DNA of 64,000 bases from an uncultured virus (IMG/VR IMGVR_UViG_2643221865_000003) (lineage: Duplodnaviria; Heunggongvirae; Uroviricota; Caudoviricetes), in IMG/VR virus record IMGVR_UViG_2643221865_000003; one strand, 5' to 3'. A model generated the notes under the pieces. The model saw nothing but the letters and a program-made list of their open reading frames with translations, did no database searches and was not told the origin of the DNA. The position numbers and the translations under genes were made by a program. The first letter of the stretch is position 1, and every line of letters starts with the position of its first letter. Below are positions 57,892-64,000 of the stretch, one piece after another.

Positions 57892-58752
57892 TCACGTGAG
57901 TATGGCTCGGAGGCTGTCGAGCTCGTCGAGACGTGAGGCGATATCGTCACCGCGTGCTGCATGCGTGCAGGCCTGACGGAATCGCTTCACCCACACCACT
58001 CGGTCGAGGACCCTCTGGTCGAAACTCAGCGGTCCGTACCCGGCGAAGAACTGCGCTACCGCGCCCTCATCTCGAAGGTGGTGCCGGTATGACAGCAGGC
58101 CAGTTGCGAGGTCGACCGTGCTCGGACCTGGCGACGATGAGTCGAAGTCGATCAGCACCAGTCCATCGGTGGTGGAAAGCAGATTGTGGTTCAAGGAGTC
58201 GCCATGCAGGGCGACGTTTGGAAGTTCGCCTTCTGCTTCCAGGAACGTCTCTGCGTCCGTCAGATAGGTACGCAGCACATGTGCGGTCGATCGGTCAACG
58301 GAACACAGTTGATCGATCCGGCGCCGGGCGGCCGACAGTTGGTCATTCGCTGCGAAACGTTCGTCGCCGCGCAGGCTGACGCGGTCGTGGAGCCGCCTCA
58401 AAACCTGCCCGTGTTCGAAGGCATGAGCGCCCGTGACTTCGCCGGACGCGACCACGTGCTCCCACACCGTCGCCGTCCAGGATTCGAATCGGATCGGAAC
58501 TGCAAGGAGTGGCCGTTGAACTTTGACGTGCTCGGCAAAGCGCAATGCCCAGTCCAGTTCCGTTTCAGCCGGTTGGATCCGGTCGTCACCTGTGTCGGCG
58601 CATCGGACCACGAAGCCGGTGTCGGACAGTGCTGTCCACCGCTTGCTTCCACCTCCGCGACCTGCATCGTCGAATGGGGTGAGAGTGCCAGCTTCGAAAC
58701 CCGCCAGGGAGAGGGCTGCGAGAAGGGCCGGAATGTGGGGAGCGGCGTCCAT
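57892..58752 (-). CDS. aminoglycoside phosphotransferase/choline kinase-like protein
   Basis: Brenner motif HGDSLNHN, LIDFD, DLA; class C motif 10 nt upstream. Confidence 0.8.
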   Translation of the reverse strand: MDAAPHIPALLAALSLAGFEAGTLTPFDDAGRGGGSKRWTALSDTGFVVRCADTGDDRIQPAETELDWALRFAEHVKVQRPLLAVPIRFESWTATVWEHVVASGEVTGAHAFEHGQVLRRLHDRVSLRGDERFAANDQLSAARRRIDQLCSVDRSTAHVLRTYLTDAETFLEAEGELPNVALHGDSLNHNLLSTTDGLVLIDFDSSSPGPSTVDLATGLLSYRHHLRDEGAVAQFFAGYGPLSFDQRVLDRVVWVKRFRQACTHAARGDDIASRLDELDSLRAILT

Positions 58753-58799
58753 GTATTCATGGCATGTGGCGACCGCGTTGGCTACGTCACCCCCAGATG

Positions 58800-59240
58800 A
58801 GGGTGGCCGCGTAACCGTCGACTCAAGTTACCCAGCTACCCGAAACGAGTCGATTCATTAGCTGCGGTGATGGTTTCGACCGACTCGTAAGCTGTGCTTA
58901 TGAATGCCCGAAGTAAACCCTGTGGGGTGAATGGAGCGCGCAGCGCAAAAATGCTGCCTCAGGATGGGGCTCATCGACGAATTACTGCCCGGCGTCACCC
59001 GGATCACCCAGAGTTACCACCTCTGGGTAACGCCGAAATCCCAGTAAATACAAGGCCTCTAAGTACTACTTACTACTACTGAAACCTTGTTACCTATTAA
59101 GTTAAGTAGTTAAGGGAGACCAAGCTCTTTCTTTCATCCAGAGGCAAGCAAGTGTCTATGCCCTCATATCTATATACCCTCCCCTCCGGCAGGTAACTGG
59201 GTAACGCCCTCTGGAACCGCACTCCCATCAGGGAAAATGC
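58800..59240. other. non-coding region with AT-rich core and CTGGGTAAC repeats (candidate origin)
   Basis: AT-rich 59045-59176; CTGGGTAACGCC at 59023 and 59197; inverted GTTACCCAG at 58827. Confidence 0.45.
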
Positions 59241-59385
59241 CGTGACCCACGGGCGGTATCAGTTGGTGACACGGGTACCGAGCACCGCAGCAAGCGCCTG
59301 CCGGCTGCAAAGTCGAGGATGTGCCACATGTCTCACCGACAGCCCGGCGCACCCTGAAGCCGGCCGACACTTCTGGACCACGAAC

Positions 59386-60279
59386 ATGGAAACCCGCCGC
59401 CGGCAGTACCTCACCAACCCAGGTGAGTCGCTCGTCCTTCCCCTCGTCGCGCACGACGTCATCGACCGTCGCATCGAATGGGCCGCTACCGTCGGAACCC
59501 CCGGAATCGACATCGTCACCTCCGCCCTCGTCTCCATCCCCATCCCCCTTCGAGCCCCCGGCGCCAAGCACCACCCCGACACCAACGCGGCGGCGTTCTG
59601 GCACCCGATCCTCTGGCTCGGAGACCACCTCGCCCACCCGATCCCCGGCGAGCCTCTCGATGTCTGGGCTGTTCGGGTCGCACTCGAACTCACCTACACC
59701 GGCGCCTACGACGCCGAGACCGGCACCTTCGTCGACATCCTCTCCATCTTCGAGCTCGACTCCGACGACCCGGTCGTCCAGGCGCGGATCACCGAATGGC
59801 TGGCCGGCGCCCCAGACAAGGAACTCGACAGCGTCACCTTCGCTGCAGCATTCGGTGCCCCCGAAGATCTCGGCCAGCAGCTGCTTCACGCCACCGAGTA
59901 CACCGACTACCTCCGACCTGCATCCTGGGCAGTCATGACCAACAGCCTCCTCGAGATCAGCTACGCCGCCGCGGCCGACCCGGAGATCAACGCCGAGATC
60001 CTCGCAGCCGTCGCAACCCGCATCATCCACCTGGCACAAGCCACCCTCGGCGAGTCCATCCCTTCCGTCGAAGGTGAAGTGCCCGCCCACTCGCTCTGGC
60101 AGCAGGTGCTCGACGACACCGTCCACTGGGAAGCCCGCCCCATGCAGGCGAACATCGACGGGCCCTGGAACGCACTCATCGAATCGCTCAGTTCCATCCG
60201 GTCCGACTACTGGGTGTTCGTCGACGCGCTCCGCGAAGTCGAGAACGACGCGCCTGCTCGCACGGCCGAAACCGTCTAG
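59386..60279 (+). CDS. hypothetical protein
   Basis: Downstream of class C motif 59323; strong codon bias from ATG 59386. Confidence 0.75.
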   Translation: METRRRQYLTNPGESLVLPLVAHDVIDRRIEWAATVGTPGIDIVTSALVSIPIPLRAPGAKHHPDTNAAAFWHPILWLGDHLAHPIPGEPLDVWAVRVALELTYTGAYDAETGTFVDILSIFELDSDDPVVQARITEWLAGAPDKELDSVTFAAAFGAPEDLGQQLLHATEYTDYLRPASWAVMTNSLLEISYAAAADPEINAEILAAVATRIIHLAQATLGESIPSVEGEVPAHSLWQQVLDDTVHWEARPMQANIDGPWNALIESLSSIRSDYWVFVDALREVENDAPARTAETV

Positions 60280-60300
60280 GCGGCCGCACACCTACGCTGC

Positions 60301-61245
60301 ATGACAATCACGCAGCCCCGTCTCGCCGGCGGACAGTTCACCTTCTGGGACGGCCTCCCGTCCGACGCCGCACTCTCCCACCGCAACCCCGACGAGGTCT
60401 TCACCGCTACCGGCGGCGAAAAGGACGGCCGCTGGTTCGTCCAGTCGCTCCAGACTCACCCGGCACCGGTGCAGGATGGCGCGTTCATGCGCTACACCCT
60501 CCACATCGGCGGCCAGCCGCACGTCAACGCTCGCATGTCCACCGCCGCAGCTCTCGTCCCCGACGAAGTCAAGGCAGAAGCCACCGAGAAAACCCACGAG
60601 CTCGCCACCGCCGGAGAGCGCTTCACCGTCCTCTCCGAAGTCGACGGGACCGTCCGCATCGACGAGCTCCGCGGCTACGTCAACGGCTCCAGCGTGTACG
60701 GGCTGGTGAAGAACAGCCGGACCAAGGGCATCGCCCTCGACAAGCTGAACATCCTCGCCGTCGAGAAGGGGTACGGCAAGCAGGAGAAGCTCGCAGCCAA
60801 GTTCGACCGAGTTGCCTCCACCGTCCCCGTCACCGAGGAAGTCACCTTCGACGGCATCCCCGACCTCGGCGAAGACTACTCCGAGACCACCGAGTTCGCC
60901 GCCGCCTACCTCGTCGACGGCCCCAACTTCGGCACAGCAGCACCCGGCTGCGTGTTCCTTGCCACCGACATCCAGGCCGAGGACGGCATCGTCAACGGAT
61001 TCCTCTGGGCCCCGAACGACACCCAGCTGTTCAGCGAGTTCGGCTCCCAGTACACCGACAACGTGCACTACGACGAGGAGAACTCCCGCGGCATCAAGGT
61101 GACCAAGACCCGCCTCGGCCTGAAGCGCATGGGCGGCCGCATCCGCGACTTCGACCCCGCCAAGGTGGACCTCAACACGTTCTACGGGACCGTCCCCGAG
61201 GACCGCGCCGATGGCTACCGCTTCATCATGGGACAGGACAGCTGA
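60301..61245 (+). CDS. hypothetical protein (class B set)
   Basis: Leaderless after class B motif; N-terminal QPRLAGGQFTF. Confidence 0.8.
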   Translation: MTITQPRLAGGQFTFWDGLPSDAALSHRNPDEVFTATGGEKDGRWFVQSLQTHPAPVQDGAFMRYTLHIGGQPHVNARMSTAAALVPDEVKAEATEKTHELATAGERFTVLSEVDGTVRIDELRGYVNGSSVYGLVKNSRTKGIALDKLNILAVEKGYGKQEKLAAKFDRVASTVPVTEEVTFDGIPDLGEDYSETTEFAAAYLVDGPNFGTAAPGCVFLATDIQAEDGIVNGFLWAPNDTQLFSEFGSQYTDNVHYDEENSRGIKVTKTRLGLKRMGGRIRDFDPAKVDLNTFYGTVPEDRADGYRFIMGQDS

Positions 61246-61979
61246 TGGCTGACGTCAACGACCGCAGCCGGCACGACAACGGTCAGTTCGCCACCGAAGC
61301 CGAGACGAAGACCGCCGCTGGACAGTTGGACGGTCTGACGGCCGCCCCGACAATCTTCACGATCGACGCCAGCATGGTCCGCGCCGGCGACTCCGTGTTC
61401 CTCGACGGCGAGTTCGTCGGCCACGCCATGCAGGTGTCCCCGAAGATCGGCGGCGGCACCTCCATCCGCATCCACAACGGCGGGATCGTCACCGCGGACG
61501 AGGACGACGTCGTCGGGATCGAACGAGCCACCCAGCCGATGGAGTGGGACGAGAACCTCACCTACTGGGACAAGGTCTACTACGCCAACCACCAGCTCAC
61601 CGACACGGATGGGCTCCAGCACATCCTCGACACCGAAGCTGAAGACGACTTCATGTTCGCCGTCGCCAGCCACCGGAACGCCACTCCCGACCAGATCGAG
61701 CAGGCCTCGAAGCACCACTCCCTGTGGGTGCGGACCGCTGCACTCGACAACCCGCTCTGCCCGCAGCACACCGCCAAGCGGATCCTCGCCGAATCCCTCC
61801 ACCTCGCTGAGGCGGAACGCGCAGTGATCCACAAGGAGGGCCGGAACCCGATGACCCCGTACCGCGAGGAGCAGGTCAAGGCCTACGTGAACCTCGCCGA
61901 CCTTGCCACAGCGCGTCTCGATGAGTTCCTGGCAGCAGCCCGCATCAACGAGATGCTCACGGCTGCCGAAGCCGAGTAG
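61245..61979 (+). CDS. hypothetical protein with LRV-like repeats (class B operon)
   Basis: TGATG coupling; N-terminal SRHDNGQFA; VASHRNATP, ALDNPLCP. Confidence 0.8.
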   Translation: MADVNDRSRHDNGQFATEAETKTAAGQLDGLTAAPTIFTIDASMVRAGDSVFLDGEFVGHAMQVSPKIGGGTSIRIHNGGIVTADEDDVVGIERATQPMEWDENLTYWDKVYYANHQLTDTDGLQHILDTEAEDDFMFAVASHRNATPDQIEQASKHHSLWVRTAALDNPLCPQHTAKRILAESLHLAEAERAVIHKEGRNPMTPYREEQVKAYVNLADLATARLDEFLAAARINEMLTAAEAE

Positions 61980-62067
61980 AACCACCCACGGAGGCTCAGT
62001 CTCCGACGCTCGAACACGGTGAAAGCCGCTGCTTCGGCGCCGGGGACTTGCCACATGTCTTGATCCC

Positions 62068-63777
62068 GTGCCCACGCAAATCGAGAAAGCGACGTTGAAG
62101 CTTCCGCCGGACTTCAACCCGGACACTCACGCGCGCCTTCTCGACAAGTACGTCCTCCAGAAACTCGGCGAGGGCTGGGAGGTCGACTACATGACGATCG
62201 GCGATGGAACCGTCACCGCATCACGGCAGATGGTCGTCCACTCCGTCGGCGAGGAGTCGAAGAACTCCAACGTGAAGCAGGTCAGCCTGAAGCGCGGCAC
62301 GAAGCCGGCCGAAGGCGACAAGATCGCCACCAAGCTCGAATCTGACGCCCCCGGCTTCTTCATGACGAAGTTCGAGCCTTACCTCGGGTGGGCTGAGCTC
62401 TCCCGCATGCGACCCGAGACTGTGCGGGCCCGCGGTGCCATCGCCCAGGTGCTCGGCGTCAAGCCCTGGGATGTCGGGATCAGCGACCGCGCTGACGGCG
62501 GGTTCGACATCGCCCTGCCATCCAACAAGTACTCCTCCGCGAAGCACGATGAGAAGCTGCAGGCGACGGTGGAGACGGACATCGGCCGCGAGGGCTGGTA
62601 CATCAAGACGGACTCGAACCGGCTGACCGCTGAGATCATCCCGAGCGAGCCGCCGACCTTCAGCCCGATGATCGGATACCCGATCCAGAACCTCGGCCGC
62701 CTCAGCCGTGAGTTCACCCCGTTCGGGATGAAGCTTCCGAAGCCGGGCGAGGAGACCGGCGAGCTCGCCGGCATCGACTGGGTCAGCCAAGCGTTCGGAA
62801 TCGTCGCCGGAACCCCCGGCGCCGGCAAGTCGGTGACCCTGAACGCCCTGATCGCAGGAGCCCTTGCAACCGGCGCGATCCTCAGCATCGTCGACTTGCC
62901 CGAGAAGGCCATCGACTTCTACCACTACCGCGACATGTGCGGCCCGCACCTGTGGGGATGCGACAGCCTGTCATCGGCCGTCACGACCCTCTCTCTGATC
63001 TACGAAGAGGGGAAGCGCCGGTCAGAGATCCTCGCCGAGAACGGTGTCGTGAACTGGCTGGAACTCCCGAAGTCCCAGCAGTTCCAGCCGATCCTCTGCG
63101 TCGTCGACGAAGTCTCCGGCCTCCTGGTGACCGACAAGATCCCTGCCGGCGTCCCACGCGATCACCCGCTCGCCGTCGAGGTGGCAGAGGAGAACCTGCT
63201 GAAGGTCGCACTCGCATCGTTGATCACGAAGATCATCTCGCAGCAACGCTTCGTCGGAATGCGAATGATCCTCAGCACTCAGGTCCAGAACAACAACACC
63301 GGCATCGGCCCGAGCCTCAAGGCGAAGATCGGCCACAAGATCCTGCAGGGCGTCAACCCGTCGAAGACGCAGCGCGCCCAGGCCTACAACGACGAGACTG
63401 CGGTCCCCCTCATCCCCGCCAACATCCGCGCTGACGCGAAAGTTGCGAAGGGTGTTGGAGCTGCCGAGCTCGAAGGATCCGAACCCTTCATCTACAAGTC
63501 GTTCTACGCTCCTGCGTCCGCCTACCGCGAAGCCCTTCTCGGCATGGGCGTCCCCACCATCAGCAACTTCGCGCCCACCCCGGAGCAAATCGACAAGTTC
63601 GCGCCCCGCCTCGAAGCGCCGGAGGAGCGCACCGCTCGACCCAAGTCCCGGTTCGATGAAGGCGGCTTCGGCCACACCACCGACCGCGAGGAGCCTCGCC
63701 TCCGGGGAGCGGCTGCCGCAGCGCATCAGCTGAAGATGGAAGAACAAGCACACCGGATGGGCGCCGTCACATTCTGA
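62068..63777 (+). CDS. FtsK/SpoIIIE-family ATPase
   Basis: Walker A GTPGAGKS, Walker B CVVDE, RFVGMRMILSTQ; GTG 10 nt after class C motif. Confidence 0.9.
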   Translation: MPTQIEKATLKLPPDFNPDTHARLLDKYVLQKLGEGWEVDYMTIGDGTVTASRQMVVHSVGEESKNSNVKQVSLKRGTKPAEGDKIATKLESDAPGFFMTKFEPYLGWAELSRMRPETVRARGAIAQVLGVKPWDVGISDRADGGFDIALPSNKYSSAKHDEKLQATVETDIGREGWYIKTDSNRLTAEIIPSEPPTFSPMIGYPIQNLGRLSREFTPFGMKLPKPGEETGELAGIDWVSQAFGIVAGTPGAGKSVTLNALIAGALATGAILSIVDLPEKAIDFYHYRDMCGPHLWGCDSLSSAVTTLSLIYEEGKRRSEILAENGVVNWLELPKSQQFQPILCVVDEVSGLLVTDKIPAGVPRDHPLAVEVAEENLLKVALASLITKIISQQRFVGMRMILSTQVQNNNTGIGPSLKAKIGHKILQGVNPSKTQRAQAYNDETAVPLIPANIRADAKVAKGVGAAELEGSEPFIYKSFYAPASAYREALLGMGVPTISNFAPTPEQIDKFAPRLEAPEERTARPKSRFDEGGFGHTTDREEPRLRGAAAAAHQLKMEEQAHRMGAVTF

Positions 63778-63873
63778 GCTCCGGGCCACCTCTGATCTTT
63801 CAGCTTCCTCCCAGTTTTCTCCACATGTCCTCAGGTTGTCGCGACGACGCGACCTGACCCTGGGGAGATCACC

Positions 63874-64000
63874 TTGTCCAACGTTTCGAGCGTTTCGAAC
63901 ACTGAGCTGCACGCGAAGGTGCAGTACTACGTTCCGCGCCTCATCATCGGTGCGGTTGTCGCCGTCGCCGGCGTGCTGATCTTCGCGATCATCACCGGCA
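63874..64000 (+). CDS. membrane protein, 3'-truncated by window edge
   Basis: Class C motif 63821, GGGGAG RBS, TTG, open hydrophobic frame. Confidence 0.55.
   Translation, partial: MSNVSSVSNTELHAKVQYYVPRLIIGAVVAVAGVLIFAIITG

Noticed and set aside
57892..58752. Aminoglycoside resistance gene
   Set aside because: Kinase-fold motifs only; the substrate cannot be inferred from sequence.
504..63838. Recurrent CACATG/CACACC motifs as CRISPR repeats or iterons
   Set aside because: Only 8-13 bp, kilobases apart, gene-oriented, with no regular spacers.

Overview
High-GC, gene-dense segment of a large actinobacterial (Microbacteriaceae-like) extrachromosomal element, most likely a phage-like megaplasmid. 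I see no host housekeeping genes, rRNA, tRNA or virion structural genes. The left ~20 kb holds co-oriented, translationally coupled small hypothetical genes. Recognisable cargo: a 5'(3')-deoxyribonucleotidase, an Ead/Ea22-like protein, umuD/umuC with a LexA box, an HNH nuclease, a tnpB-only IS200/IS605 element, a tandem array of seven paralogous membrane/prepilin-like proteins, a pilin-leader beta-propeller adhesin, an amidase, and ParB-like, NERD, ApaLI-like, PD-(D/E)XK and APH-like genes. There are also three FtsK/SpoIIIE ATPases, one split at Walker A by a class 3 intein. The strongest unexplained structure is about 43 dispersed copies of three related non-canonical promoter-like motifs (A: CCGCRCATG; B: GCCRCAYACCTA; C: GCCACATG), each 8-10 nt before a start codon or purine-started leader. 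Class B marks a scattered set of otherwise unrelated proteins sharing a short N-terminal (R/H)xxxG(R/Q/K/T)(F/W/Y) peptide, suggesting an element-encoded transcription programme coupled to a protein-targeting signal. All calls were made by eye; no searches were run.
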